Assembly (NCBI GenBank): GCA_976226885.1
Contig: OZ320313.1
Span: forward strand, 145,948,001-146,012,000
Length of the DNA: 64,000 bases
From: Iphione sp. A-MEVVRFRX5
Taxonomy: Eukaryota
Reading direction: 5' to 3'
Below are positions 26,456 through 40,854 of this stretch, in pieces; the stretch's first letter is position 1, and every line of letters starts with the position of its first letter. The notes under the pieces are model-generated. The model was not told the DNA's origin, searched no databases, and was given only the letters and a program-made list of their open reading frames with translations. The translations under genes and the position numbers were made by a program.

Positions 26456-27079
26456 TTAGCCTATACTTTTACTTGTGCTTCTAGGTAAATGAACCCTAAG
26501 TAATATCCCAAAGGCTATTTTTGCTTTTCTATTGGTTTTGTATTATACCCTCCATAAATAAGGCAAAAACACGTTTTGAAACGTGCGTATGTGATCTAGG
26601 TTTGGGTAAAGCAATACCTTGCAAGCTGTAAGTGGTTTTAAATGGACTTTTAACTCTTATATAGAAGATATAATAAAACTTCTACATATTTAGGATATTC
26701 ATGTGCTTTGCAAAAGATTGTCGATGTAACAGATTGAAATAATTTGTGGGGTATCAAATGTAAAATATGCAAGACCTTAACAGGACTGCAATAAGTATAT
26801 CTATTTTTACAAACATAGCCGTGATAACACCCCCGGTGTGAGGATATCACCTTTCAAAGAGCGCTTTCACATGTTGACATGAAATAGCCCAGCTTGGCAT
26901 CATCTTCCTGCACAACACCTGAAGACAGCCTGCCAGTAAATCATGACTGAATTCAAATTTAGCAGCCGATAAAATCAATAGATTGGCACCTTCACTTTCT
27001 TGTATCGTGTTAATTGCTCTCTTAAAAACTCCTCTTAGGTTTTATGACGTGCGAAAGGTTATTGCAAACTGTTTTGTTA

Positions 27080-27700
27080 ACGAGAGTAAATCGTCGCCAG
27101 CCGTGCCGGGCAGCCATTATGACACCATGAGGTGTAGGTTATAGAGCCGTTGTACCTGCCGACCCCATCCATCATCGTCCACCGCCTGTCGCGGGGGGCG
27201 TCCCGGGCGCGAGGGAGTGGTGAACGCCTCTTGTTTGCATTACTCCCGTCTGACCCAGGCCTGCGTGAATAGTGGCCGTTAAGACGGTCGCTGCCGCGCG
27301 GTTTCGACACCCCCGGCGCGCCCGCGCCCTCAGGTAGTCGCCGCGCTGACGAGTCTTGTTGCCAGCAAGCCGCGGCAAACGGTCAAATAGCAGCCCCTAG
27401 CGACCCGGCTGCCTTGGCCGTCATCGAGGCGACGCGGCTGCGCGACGCCAGCGGCACGGGGCCCGACGGGGGCAGTGTCGGAAGTGGTATCCGCCGCCGA
27501 GCGGAACCGGATGTACGTCACTCCCCTTCACCGATCACCCGGACCCGGCGAGGATATTTCCGGAAGCGCACAACCACACAAAGTGACTTGGGCCTTGTCA
27601 TAGCTGATTGCCCTCGCTTACTCATCAGCAATTCAGGCGAACGTGTGAACCGCGTGTGCTTTAAAGCTACAAAAACCTTGGGTTTGCTCAGTTCCGAAGA
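27080..27700. promoter_or_regulatory. CpG-rich island with ETS cluster
   Basis: High CpG density. CGGAAGTG near 27479, CCGGATGT near 27507 and TTCCGGAAG near 27558. No credible ORF. Confidence 0.45.
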
Positions 27701-28055
27701 CTCCAGTTGGGGCTCCGGTTTTCTGTGTATGTATGTGTCTGTGTGTGGAGGAGGGGGGGTTGCTAGGTTGGTAGGTAGAACCTAGGCAGATGAATGTCGT
27801 AGTGTGACTGGCGGGCCGCCATAATGTCAATTCGCCGTCGGCCAGCCCGCACAATGATAAGAAATCCCGTATTCTTTACGGGGCGATTGCATGCGACAAC
27901 GCTATAACATGCAGCCTGGAGAGAGTCGAATGGAGCCGCGGAGGTAGAGACACATGGACAGAAGCAACTCTGAGCCAAAGACAGGGAGAGATGAAAAAAT
28001 AGAACGAAAAAAAATCAGCGGGCATCGCGTGGTGCCCTTCCATCGCTCCGGCGCG

Positions 28056-28069
28056 CCGCCAGAGGGCGT
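28056..28069 (+). promoter_or_regulatory. CTCF-type motif
   Basis: CCGCCAGAGGGCGT. Confidence 0.55.
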
Positions 28070-28979
28070 CGGTTTGACATCCAGTCTCCCTAGTGGGTAA
28101 CCTTGATAGCAGGATCGAGCGTCAGTGCGCGGGTCCAGCGGGCGGTCGCGCCGTCGACGATAGCGGCGTCGCCTGCGACCTCATAGCGTTGGATCAGTGC
28201 GTTGTACCCTTTGGCTAGGGCAGCAGTTCTTGTCGTGAAACATTCCAGTCAGAAATACCCTCTCTAAAATAGGCCATTCAGCGCAGCGTCTAGCGGCAAC
28301 CACTGGTATACTCTATACCCCTAACACTTACGCTTCTGAGCCTAATAGCCAACCCCCATCCACTGCGCCCACTGCCTCCTTGATAGCAACTGGTTATAAT
28401 GCTATTATCAGACGTTAAGAACGTTACCAATTGCTTCCCGTGATTACATCTCAATCATGTGTTGGCTCCAGCGAAAAACGATCCGCATAATTGCAGGCTA
28501 TAAATCCTCATGATAATCTCACATGCGATCAGCTGCGCTGCTTTAACTCACTTGCATAATATTTGAATTGCTATTGAGGTGTGCGTTTCAAGGGGCGATA
28601 TAGAGGGTGGATTTATTGAAGTGTTGGAGCTCACACACTCGGCAGCCTTTAGCCGTTTTTTCCTCCCATGCAAAGCTGTTGCGGATCGTGATGCATGTGT
28701 TTTCGGAATTTCGTTTCATTTTTTTTCACACCCGTGGGAAATGTCGTGGCTGTTGGCCATTGTGTGCGCGAGTGGTGGTCAATCAAAGCTCGACGTAATG
28801 AACTTGTCAGGCAGGTCAATATTGACTCTGCACCCGCCAGTTATAACTGTAACACATGAGTGCGAATGCTCATGATATGCCCATCTAGCACGCAACTGTG
28901 CCAGTCTCTGCAGGCAACCTGCCCTGGGCGGCCATGGGCTACAGGAATAATTAGTTCAGGTGGCTGCACCGTCTCTGTC

Positions 28980-29380
28980 CGGCCAGCCAATCATGCACGT
29001 CGTCTCATAAATCCAAGGCCCCACGACGTCGCGCTGGGCTTCTGTTGTCTCACGTCTACTAATTGGTCACGGACAACGCGCTTCGAATGACGAATGGGGC
29101 AAAAGATCCATTGTTCCAGGACCGATTGAGATGGTAGTGAGGTCGAGCAGTTTCCGAGCTAACCAAGGCTTAAGGCTTGGGGCAAGGAAGAGGAGGGCGG
29201 AAGGGGAGGAGGAGCGGGGTTTAAGGTTGCTGCAGGGTGAATGGGAGATGGTTTGTGGTTGGTCAGTGCCGTCACGTGACCCAGAGGGAACCCACTGGCA
29301 AGGCACCATGCCCAGCTCCCACGCCTGTCGCCACTTATGGCGGCAATCTATCGATCAGGCCCAAATGTCGTCTGGTAGAA
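28980..29380. promoter_or_regulatory. Promoter-like island (CCAAT boxes, GC box, full GTCACGTGAC palindrome)
   Basis: AGCCAATCA near 28985, AATTGG near 29061, GGGCGG near 29194 and GTCACGTGAC at 29271-29280. Confidence 0.45.
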
Positions 29381-32300
29381 GTTGCCACTATTTATAGCGA
29401 CCCGATATCTGACTTGACCCAAGTACGATGACTGATGCCAAATCACAATATTGGGTATACCTCTGGAATGCAATTTTTGAATGAATTTCGACGCACATCT
29501 ATATCCTTCATAAAAAAAGTCCATGACGTATGGCCATTTTGCATGTTTCTGAACATCACCTTGCCACTATTCCAGGGCAAATACCAACTGATTTTTTGAA
29601 GACTTACAGAGTATTGCAGCAAAGAGATGGTATAAAATTTGCTGACAGAAGAAACCAGCAATAAAGTTTTCATTTCTGGACGTTAGTCGTTTCGTGGCTG
29701 AAACGTAATTGTTTTGCGTTTTGCTTTGTTTAACTTTTCGCTAAAATTGAAATACGACCTAAGACGTAACGAAGACAGGCAGTAATCGATAATAAAGTAA
29801 GACCCTTTTTTGTTGTTTATGTAACATTCCGAATATTAATCTATAAAGGTTGGTTTTACCAAGTGTTTTCACGGATAACAGACTCAAAGGAATTCATTTT
29901 CTTCGCCATAATGAATGATTTCCACCGTACACCATGGCGGCAAAGAGATAACGTCAGTTAGGGAGTACCTTGGGTGTCGTTTATGACGCAGCAAGTTCTG
30001 CATTATCGCTCGCTGATTATGGATATTTATGCCACGCGGAACCTTCCTTTATTCAGGATCCGTGTCGATCACGCGGCCGAGGACTGGGAGGCCAGGATGC
30101 TCGAATGTCGTCTGCTGCTTATCTTCCTTGAGCAGCTTGGATCCACTGAGACGCCTGCGCCGACCGCAGCCGCCGGCAGGCCCTCTGAGGAGCGTGCCAG
30201 TTTTCCGGGTCCTAAGGCGGCGCCAAAAACACAGAAAGCGTCTTTTATCGCCCGCTGCCGAAAAATCGGACACTAGCTTAGCCGAATCGTTTGACACTGT
30301 TAATATTATCCTCGGCGTTAGGCGGACACACCCTTCTTGGGAGGAAAATACTGTCAGCTTCTTGCAACAGTTACTCCATGGCAATATTATTGTTTTGCAT
30401 CAAAAGGCCTGCACTTTTTCTTCTGACAGGTTTTAGGTGATGAAATCTGATCCGTTTGGGCTGATCGCATTTGATCCGCCCTATAGCCGATCAAGTAAGT
30501 ATTGGCTACAGCCTTCCATAAAAAGATTACATGCACATATGCATAAAATTATTTGAGGTCGCGCTATTGGAAATGAGCACATATACGGTTGGGTACAGTT
30601 GCTTGGTCTGATGTTATATACAGATTTTTGTGCTCTTTTGGTGACTTGGCAGAAGGCGTGTTAGAATTAACATGAATAGGGACTTGTACGTGAAGTATAT
30701 GAAGATTGGTTGTGAGGCACAATCTGAGCTCCAGGCCAATCATGGTACAGTTCAAGTTCAGCATCTCTTGAGATATTATATCAAACTAAAAACAGGTCAT
30801 TGTGAGAAGCCAACAAGCATAATGAAATTTTTCTGACAAAGAAAGAAAAAGAGCCACTTGTCAGTTTACCATTGCTTATTACCAAAGCAGTAAACATGGA
30901 TAACATGCGGGGAAAACGGTTCTGCTGCCCTGGAGTAATTGTTTTGACGAGTTTATACATTCTCCTTTAGTAATTCTAGTAGTACTACATACCCCTTTGA
31001 AGATTAACATGCGCACATTTTGGAGTCTCCTCCCAGTCACTTTATGTGATATATAACACTTTCACAAACAGAATTAAAGATGATGACAACACTCCAGAAT
31101 TATGATGTACGAAGGCTGTAATTAAGCATCAACATCTGTCACACGCAGATTAAAATACATGTATCGCAGCTTTTTTACTACCCCACCAAAATCTACATAG
31201 AGTGTACATAGAACCGTATACGTATGTACATAGTGATATGCACGCATGAGTCTAGGTGTAATGCACAGACACTTACCTTCATTGTTTCCTGTTACTTTAC
31301 GAAATATTAATTTTTGATATTTTCGTTGACGGTTGAATACAGCTTGGCCTTCTGCAAACAACACACTTACTGTGTACATACATATATTATGTAAAGGCAC
31401 TTTTAACTTTTTTCCAAAAAGGTAAATTTCATATAGTTTTTGCCATCTCTGCAAAAATTTGATGGAAAAGGAGCAGATTGGATGTAATTTGTGGCATTTC
31501 TACATAAATTGTCCTTTTTATGCAAATATTTCGACAAATGAAGCATCACAATTGTGCATTTCTGTGCACCTCTCTACTGTCTGTATCCGTTTTTTTATGT
31601 TTTTCCAAGCTAAACGCAGATCGGTACTTTAAAAAAGGATTATGTTCCAATCATAGAAAAGGATCAATGTTTGACCTAATATATACGGTTAAATGGAAAT
31701 TCTCTAGAGTTCATAAGAATAGGAGATTCAAAACACAGAACGTGGGTCAGAAATTACAGGTACACACTTGGAAACTCCTACTATCCCCCTTTCCTTAAAA
31801 GCATAACAAACGATGGTCAAAAGGACGGTCAAGTACCCCCCCCACATGCATTGGAATTTCAATTACAAGAGTTTTAATGGTATTAAAGACTTTTCAAAGT
31901 CATATAATAAGCAAAACAGTTTACTAGACTGTGGACCATTCATTCAGTTTACTTCTGACCTGCATACGAGTTGCACGGCCGAAAAGGCCTGCACCAAATC
32001 CGCGTATTTTTTTTTCATGGAACAAGGTCATCAAAGAAAAAGAAAGAAAAGTAAGATATACAGTCTGAATAGGCATCAACCAAGCAGTACATGTATTTAT
32101 ACAAAACTTTAAAGGAAAGCTACAGTAGCACACCGGGATCCACTGAAAATAAAACGAATTATCTACAAGAACATGATCCATACCACCACCTTGAATTAAG
32201 GAAATGATCACTCAAATCACACTAACACATTTGTTTACTGACTCTAGCAAGTAATTGCCGCTTTGTGATAGGCATCAGAAATGTAGCATTACATGCATAT

Positions 32301-34439
32301 TTGCATCAACCAAACTGTGTCAGTTTGTTTGCCTTGTATCCTGCAACAATATCAGAAAAAAAGCTTTGTAAGTGATTACAGCGCTTAATGATAGGTTCTA
32401 GCGTGAGAAGGTTCAGTAAACAATGTGTAAAGCTCAGTCAAGAATGTGTGTTACATGTATCAGAGAACATATGACAAGTCCGGCTCTTTAGATGTAAACA
32501 GGTCGTAACCGTTTTCTATCATGTTCCATTTCTTATTTTTTTCGGAAGATTTTCATCTAGCCAGAAAAATATTTTTACAGCAATGTATATAATTTCTTGT
32601 CGTATTTTGGATATTTACAAATCGGGTCATTTTTTCTTGTTCTCATTTGTTCAGTTAACACTTTTCTTGACATTCCTGTCCAATTATGCGGACCCATATG
32701 TGTGATTTATATATCCGTGTACATGCATCAAAGTCTTGATACAGCACAATTATGGTGGTTATGTTTAGATGAGTGATATGCCAGCAGCTGACTGACAAGA
32801 ACTAGCTTCTTTTTGCACACAGTATCTGAAAGTACATGTTCATTGTACTAATTCTGAAGTAGTTATGACTAGAGCAATATATCTTGTTGAGTGGTGTATA
32901 CTTTGTAAATGTATATTGACATGTTATTGCAGATAACTATATTAATATGGAATCAACAGATGCTGTCATTACGTGTACATGAAGGGCAGGATTTAAACAT
33001 TTCTTTGAAATTAAGGAAGTATACATAGTGATCCACCTTATTTACATAGTAATAGATATCTGATATACATTTTAATATATCCATGTAAATGATACATGAC
33101 ACAACGAATGGAAAGCTGAGAATGTTAGATGGAAATTACATGCTCATAATAACATCAGCTTTCTCGGAAATAAGAATTAATCGAAGAGCTGGAATTCAAC
33201 CCCAATGCCCTTAGAATTACTTGTGCATTGACGCCTTGTATGGTGTTCTTCCCTATATACAATAATTGTATGTAAATATACCTGATCCATCAAACCTTTA
33301 GACGAGTTCAATTTCTGTGAACAGATGAATTCGCATTGGCCTCTTTAAACTTGTAATTGCACCTAGTCCGTAGGGAAGAAAGGTTTATTATGTACAAGCA
33401 ATTGCGCCCTCCATCATGACATAGCCTTGGGCATGTATCAATGCATTGATATGAAAACTTAGCTACACGTTTGTTCAGCGCTGTACATAACCCATGCGAA
33501 CCTCACTCTTCGCAGAGGAAGGTCACTCACTCTGTCCAGGTACCTGCGACTATTAAATTATCGACGCTGCGCGAATGACAGGTATTCCACGGGACCTTAC
33601 TCCGAATACAGCGCGGAATAATGGCAGAGTACATGTTGATTCTGTAGTCTAGTGTTGTTTGGCGCCCGCAGTTACCCGTAGGATAACAGAGCCTGCACGC
33701 CTGACGTGACAGCAGAGAGCTATGAATTATTCCTCGTTAGTTAATGCTCTCGTTGTTATTGTTTTCTGGCTGGTCAGTGTGTCAGCAGGTCTGGCACGCT
33801 TCCCACGTGGCTTCTGCGATGATTGCTTTGGTTAATAGCGGATATGTTGAATCACAGAGGACCGAGAAGGTGAGAGCTTACTTTAAAAAAATAATAGGAA
33901 AAAATACATTTGACGCCGTTCGTTTGGGAGGCGCCCATGAAATTTAGATGAATCATGCCAAAAGTCAGCCATGGCTACAAGTTGGGTCAGCAGTTAAAAT
34001 ATCGTATTGATTAAATTCAAGGATCATCAAACAATTTCTCTTCGATAAACCGAGAAAGCCAAAAGGTTTTGGTAAGCACATTAAATCATTTGGCAAACAA
34101 TCTACTTTTTAATACAGGGTAATACAACGCGAAGAGTGCATGTATTATTATTTGTTTCTGCTGGCGTGTACAGGAACAGTGTACACCTAAACAACTCGTG
34201 CTTTCACTACTTTGTTGCCTGACCATTCCGTCCCATGACTATCCCCCACTTTTACCATGCCATCCTCACCACCCCGTGCAATTATGCATACCTACATTCA
34301 TTTTCGAACAATGTCTGATAATTTAATGACATTTTCATTACATTTCGCAGCATATTTGCCATATTTGTACATCTATCACAGATCTATCATAGATTTTAAA
34401 CACACAAACACAGTCTATAATGAATCTCACAGGCAGCTA

Positions 34440-34545
34440 TCTCTGTGAGGCTGTGTAAGGCTGTATGAAGGACGAAACACCTGGTGATGGACGTGGGGGC
34501 TAACGCAGCCTCATGGACTTCAACGAAGGTATGGAAACTGGGCCC
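34440..34545. mobile_element. Terminal fragment of the Harbinger-like family of 44324-45446
   Basis: Ends in AGGTATGGAAACTGGGCCC. The upstream GGCTGTGTAAGGCTG and CCTCATGGA segments match other copies. Confidence 0.5.
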
Positions 34546-37500
34546 AAGGCTGTCAACGTGCTTTCTACATTTTTTTTGGTCTTGGATGAACAAACATCAT
34601 TCACAGCTATAATTTCATTAGTGAACCAGCCAAAATCTATCGGTCTAAAAGGAGAAATTGAAGCCTACCAGGAACAAAAACAGCCTGAATAGGGCAGAAT
34701 TGTATCTAATCTACTTTTAGTAAGGATAGGCAAAATGGCAAATATAAGATAACCATGATATCATACAGAGTAAAAGACCATGATATATTAAAATTATAAG
34801 ATGACCATAATTTTAGACTGACCATGATATCATAGAGTGTATGTGAAGTCAGTAATCAGAGTATAAGTTAACAGTAGTCAGAGTATAAGAAGCACCGTGA
34901 TATACAGAGTAGAGTAGAGCCACAACGGGGCACCGGGCGCCGATGTAAGTTTAATAGACAATGGACAATACAGAGAGGAAACCTTTCGGACTAAAGCATT
35001 TGTACACAGTGCAGGACCAGGCTTAAGCTTGGACGGGGCCGGAGATAGACCCGCCAAACCAGTTTTGACTACTAATGGACACCACAGTCTACGCTGCGGA
35101 TCCGGAGGAAACAAGGTAGGCGCCGGACGGACCGTCCCGGGTGCCAAGCGCTGGAGACGGGGCGCGGAGGCATCAATAATGGACGGCGGCAACTCGCCGC
35201 CATCGCCGCCCCTCCTGTACACAACAACGGCCCACCTGCCAGGCGCCGTGTATAATTCATGTGGCGAGGTGTGAGCTCTCTCACAACGCCGGCCGTGTCG
35301 TCGGTGAAGTCGGTACAGCAAGACCCGACCCTCATCGCCTCCTGGCTAGAGGCAGCACTTACCTTCTCTGGGTTTTTTTTCAGACAAAAAACAAGCCTAT
35401 TCTGAGGTATAATCCCATTTGACTCCTTGCACGAGCGGAAAAATATCTCGCCACTTTGGTATCGTTGGCAATGGCAATATATACGGCGCCGCTCTTACTC
35501 TTCTCGTCGGAACGCCTAACAGAGGGAATACTATGGTACTGAGGTTATTCTTCCTGCTGCATCGACCCATTGTAAAAGACGCGTCGCGGCGAATGATTTT
35601 ATGTATGGTCTGGTATATCGATGAATATTTTTTCAAATTTGTGGAAGAGGTATGTTTTAAGAATTTCGAAGAGGTACGTGAAGAAGAACCCAATGCAAAC
35701 AGTTTGTTGCTGTTTTTGTCTCGTTACAGTAACCTGACCAGGTGTGACATGCATTTATCTTTTACATGCATGATTTTGCACGTTGCAGGTAAGCGTTTAC
35801 CAACATCACTGTCCTAAAAGAAGCCAATAACTCCTTCAGAAGCCCCGGCAAAGCGTGATTGGTGGCAATTGGCGCGTCCTTCGCGTGTCCTCCTGGGTTT
35901 GTGAACATGGCCTCTGGTGGCTGGGTGAGATGTAGGTTATTAGAGACTGATGGCAAATGGGAGGGTGTCAGTATGAGATCTACTGGTACTGCATACGTGC
36001 TGGCGCCTTTCCCTTTATTTAACCAAATCCACGGACGCCCTTCTTTGAGAGGGTCAGTGGGTTCTGCTGTAGGTACCACTGCAGTGGGCATTGTGGTTTT
36101 ACGATGGACCAGTCTTCCTGTAGGATACGTTATACCCAACGTCCATTTCACTTTCAATTAAAAACGATAATGGTGTCCACAGATGTTTCAATTCATGTGT
36201 GTCTATTTTCCATTGTAGGCCGGTTGCATTTCTGAAGGAGACGTTGTATGTATAAGTTAGACGTATATTTATCAAATGCCCCCCACCCCCATACCGCTTC
36301 ACCTATTAACAGAGCCCGAGCCATCCTGCAATACAAGCATCACCCCACCCCTCTTCCATCTCACTCGCTCTAGCCCTGGCCCTGCCTCTCGGCGCCTAGT
36401 CCTTTCCCTATTCACGCCCGTTATGGTGTCCAGGTGAGTGCTAACGAGGCGATGGCGTGCATGGTCCCCATCCTCCAGTTCGGGCGTCCTCCTGTAACAG
36501 GGCCGGCTCTCACGCCTCCAGGTGCTAGAACGGCGCCGCCTTCACACGTCGGGCGCAGCTCGGCGTCCGGACGGCTGACGCCACCTCCTCCAGGGCGGGA
36601 GACATCCAGGAGTGTGGGGGGAGAAGGGGTGGGTGCTTCTGGTACGTGTAGGTAAGTGCAGAAGTTCAGGGGTTAGGCACTCACTGTAATATATGGCAAT
36701 CACACATCACACAGCATGCAACAAATAGTTTGCTTTTCCCAGCACATAAGCGTCTACATAGAAACGTGTTGATTTAAATGCTGATTTGTATACAGAAGAG
36801 GAATGTCATGTAATAATTGCTCTCATTTCGATGAAGGATTCCTTTATCATGTTTTTTCTATCGTGAGTCATTATACAGGAAATCCTAGATGGATAGAAAT
36901 TGTTGTGTAAGTTTGGTCGTTTGGATAAGGAAAAAGATCCATCAGTAATGATGACCCGATGAACATAGATCGTGCTGGTGCGTGTGGATGGGACGAGTGG
37001 CGACCGGTTGACGGGACGTGGCTCCGGCTTGGGCGAAGTAAGGCTGGCATCTGCGGCGTCAGTGGGTAGAGTAGGAATAAGGCAAGGTTGTATGGCTGAA
37101 TGGCGGCGGTGGGGCGGATACTGGGGGTATATAGGCATGGTCTTGGCTGCCAGGCGACATCGATCGAGCCCCCCTTACTCTCCCCCATGTCCCCTACCCC
37201 TATCCCATTCTGCCGACTAACCCTCAGCCGCAGGGCCCTTCGTCCGGAGAGGGCAGGTGGCACTCCTCGCACTTTGAAGCGTGAACCCGGTCTCCTAATA
37301 CCACCTTACCGTTGTGGCGCCAGCGGTCGGCTGGCTGGCGCCAGGAGCATCAGGTCCCATCTACTCCCGCCTTCCTCCAATATACATCCTGCACTCGGTG
37401 CCAGAAGCCTTCCACTACCCCCTCCCCTTCTGTGCTGAGCATCACCTTTGAGGCGTCACCTAACTGATTCCGCCGCTGTCCGGGCTTGCCGGGCGTCGAC

Positions 37501-40500
37501 GCCAAGCACAGAAGGAAGCCATTTGGACTGGAGGACCGGCTATAGAGGAGGCAAAGGGGTTGGGGGTATCCGACGGCAGGCAGCCGGGCGCCTGGTCTGG
37601 AGTTCGTTTGGGCACAGGCTCCTCTGGTGAAGATGAAGGTGGCGCCTGTATGGGCTTCAAACATTCGCTCTTCATGATGCCACGCCCTGGAGCAGTAGGC
37701 CTTGAGCCAATCCTGGAGTGACATTAAAGAGAAGAACTCCATTTAATATTTGTTATCAGAGAGTGTTTGTATCTTCATATTGATGAATTTCCATTTGCAT
37801 CTTATGATGTACAGTTATCTAAGCTGCGCGTAGCTACCTACATTCTTACGTGGTGAGGGAAAGACTAAGAAAAAGTATGTGAAAAGTCATTCTACAGGTC
37901 ATGAGAAAGCTTGTATCGAGGTGGTGGAAACACACCATGACTTGGCTCTAAGACAAGCAAGAGAGTAATGAGGTGTGCCGAGGGTGCTGCCAATACCAAC
38001 TCTGCCAATGCCGGCATATCAAGAAAAAGTCATCGTGGACGACACTATTACCCTGAAAGACACCCAGCGCTACGAACCGTGTGAATATTTGCCTCCGCTT
38101 GAGCAGCTGTCCGCTACGAGAGTGTTACGCGCGCCGCTTGGCTGTCGTGCCATTTAGGCATTACAGCGCTTAGAAGTTGCAGGCATGTCAATAGTTATGG
38201 CGTAATAAAGACGGCGAAGGGTTACTAAAGGCGCGCACATTGTCACATTAAGCATATACACACGTGGGGGTGGGTCTATACAGCTATCCATCCAGCGAGA
38301 CTCAAGGAGACAGTCTACTGCCATAGCTGGGAGTTGTAACCTTGGTATTGCCGAACTGCAGGTATGAAAGCCAAGGGCTCGAGAACTAGTCAGACAGACC
38401 CCTCCCACCTGTTCTTGAAATAAGACATTGGCTGATAGTCATGCATGGGAAGGGGCGGGAGGGAGGGGTGGGTATCATATGACACATCACTGGCGTGACA
38501 TTTTGAAAATTGCCCGAGGCCAGAAAATATTCGATCTCTCACAGGTCGACTTTTTATTGTCGATCAAGAGATGTAGCCAGAGGCATCCTGTTTAATCTAC
38601 CACATGATGTCAATTGGCTGTTTAGCTCCTTTTTCTCCCAACACCAGCTCTTTTCCCCTTCTCCATCCGCCTCTTCATCAAGCTAGGGAACCGCATTGTC
38701 CTATACCGTTGGTCCTTTACCAATATTTGTGAGTGGGTGCGCTATCATGTCCTTGTCAGCATGTCTGGCCTAGCCTGATCCCAAAATAGGTGGTGGCCAG
38801 AGAGGGGCACGCATACAGGACCTGGAGGCACGTGGCGCGTGTCTCGACCATGGCGCCAACCCCTACGCTATGTGCCAATGGTTCACGACCGAAGTAGGCG
38901 CCGCACATGTCAAAAGCCCTGGCAAAGTTCGACACGTAAACACAATGCTGTATGTTCCCATCGCCTCGGGCAATGCGAGATGAGAAGATCGGTAAAAGGG
39001 GTGGTGTTGCTGGTGGTGGTAGTGGCAGGGAGCGGTAGCATGACGGGGGGCGGGTGTATAGGGCGACAGGCTAAAGGTAGATGCAGATCTCTCCCACCTT
39101 CTACCCCCCCTGCCCCCATCCCTCCTCGAGGAACTGGATACACCTGGCGTGAGAGACTTACCTGCCTCTATCCGCTGGGAGATATAGGGATCCCTGACCT
39201 TTCTCGCCGAGTCAAGGAAATGCGAACCACGTCACATGCTGTGCCGTTTAGCGGAACACATCTCTGGAGTGAAACATATCTCCCTGGATATGAGCAGAAA
39301 ACAGTGGCTCTAGAACATGGAAAAATAGCCATGTTTCTACCGAGCCATTAAGCAAGAAGACAGGGATCCTTTCTCCGGGGAAAATGGAGTATGTAACACT
39401 TAGATAGACACAATGTTGGCCATTGTGGGATCTCTGACTAGAGGTGTAGAGTAAGAATTAACTTGGATTATTTGATGAAATGATGTGTTCGCATGGTTAA
39501 TTGTATTTAATGATTCTGGAGAAAGAAACGCTTTCCAGGAACAGTGAATATTTCTAAAAATAGTCTATGGTGGTTTCATTTCCTTTGTCTGATCATTTTC
39601 TCGCCTTCGTTGTTTATAGTAAATCTCTGGGTGATAATTAACATAATTGGTGATCATAATCTAATGCATAAAGTTCTCACACCAATCTGTTATGTACATG
39701 TATGTACACACATGTACATGTACGTGATTACCCATTGCCGCACACTTATCTGGGACAGTGGGAGTTTCACATTTTTCGTAAAACACGCATGTACCCCAAA
39801 CGATGGTACGATATGCCTCAGACACAGCCAAGCTTTCCTTTACTTTGCATGGTTTCCTCAACATCTGGCGAATTCCTTTTGATCTGTCTATTATGTGCTC
39901 TCCTCTGTCGATAACAGTTGTCCTCACGCGCTCTTAAGTGTCTACTCTTCGCTGTCATTTCCTTTGAACCCCACTCTATGGTCCATTTGCCGTGTGCTTA
40001 GGCACGTACATTTTGGACATTTTGGCAACGTTCCTCTCTTGAAGCACCGTGAGATCAGAAAAGATTACACGTATGATTCCAGCAGAACTCACCTTTGCCA
40101 CTACAAACCAAGGCCAACATGGCCGTCAAATGCTCGTTGGTCCATTAAGCAAGAAATGCAATAGGCTTGCCAGAGAAAAAGGGCCGATACGGGGCACTGC
40201 TCACGACGGCCGGGTCAAAGTAGAAATGCACAAATGGTGCGAAAGCAAACAACAAACAAGTATACATAGAAGAAAGATGCAACATGCCAATGCTGTCTGG
40301 AGGGTAAAGAAAGAAAACGACCACAAGTACGACCGAACTTACTCTTACGTAAGCTCCTTGTGACAATTCTATATGGACCGAGTAATAGTGTAACATCTGT
40401 TGTGTTCTATCCATTCTTCAGTGATACTGTCTGTTTGTTAGAAATACATTTACATTTTGACAACTCTGAGATCAATGGCATTGTAACTGTGCAGTAAACA

Positions 40501-40854
40501 CAGTGCAGTACAAAGGGTACAGTAGCAGCCTTCGTAGTATCTGCTGTGAGTAGTAAGTAAACTCACATTTCTAATTAACAGATAGAATAAATGATTGTGA
40601 ATCAGGTCCGTCCACATGTTTTTCTTGGAATTCAGAGCCATCGCCAAATCTACGACGGAGGGATGGGATATAGGGTATAGGGAATATGTGTATACTTCTA
40701 TACATCTGCAGTCGAATGGGAAAGACATACGGCCCAGCTGTCGTGCACATTTCTTCGTATGGTGAAGGTGCGAACAGATGACTTGAGAGTTTTCTCACAG
40801 AATTCGCATAAGCCTCAAGATGGAGCTCAATTATAACAGGGGGAAGAGGAAGTA

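Noticed and set aside
37831-37968. Open 44-codon stretch ending GHEKACIEVVETHHDLALRQARE
   Set aside because: No start codon, no recognisable homology and no linked exon.
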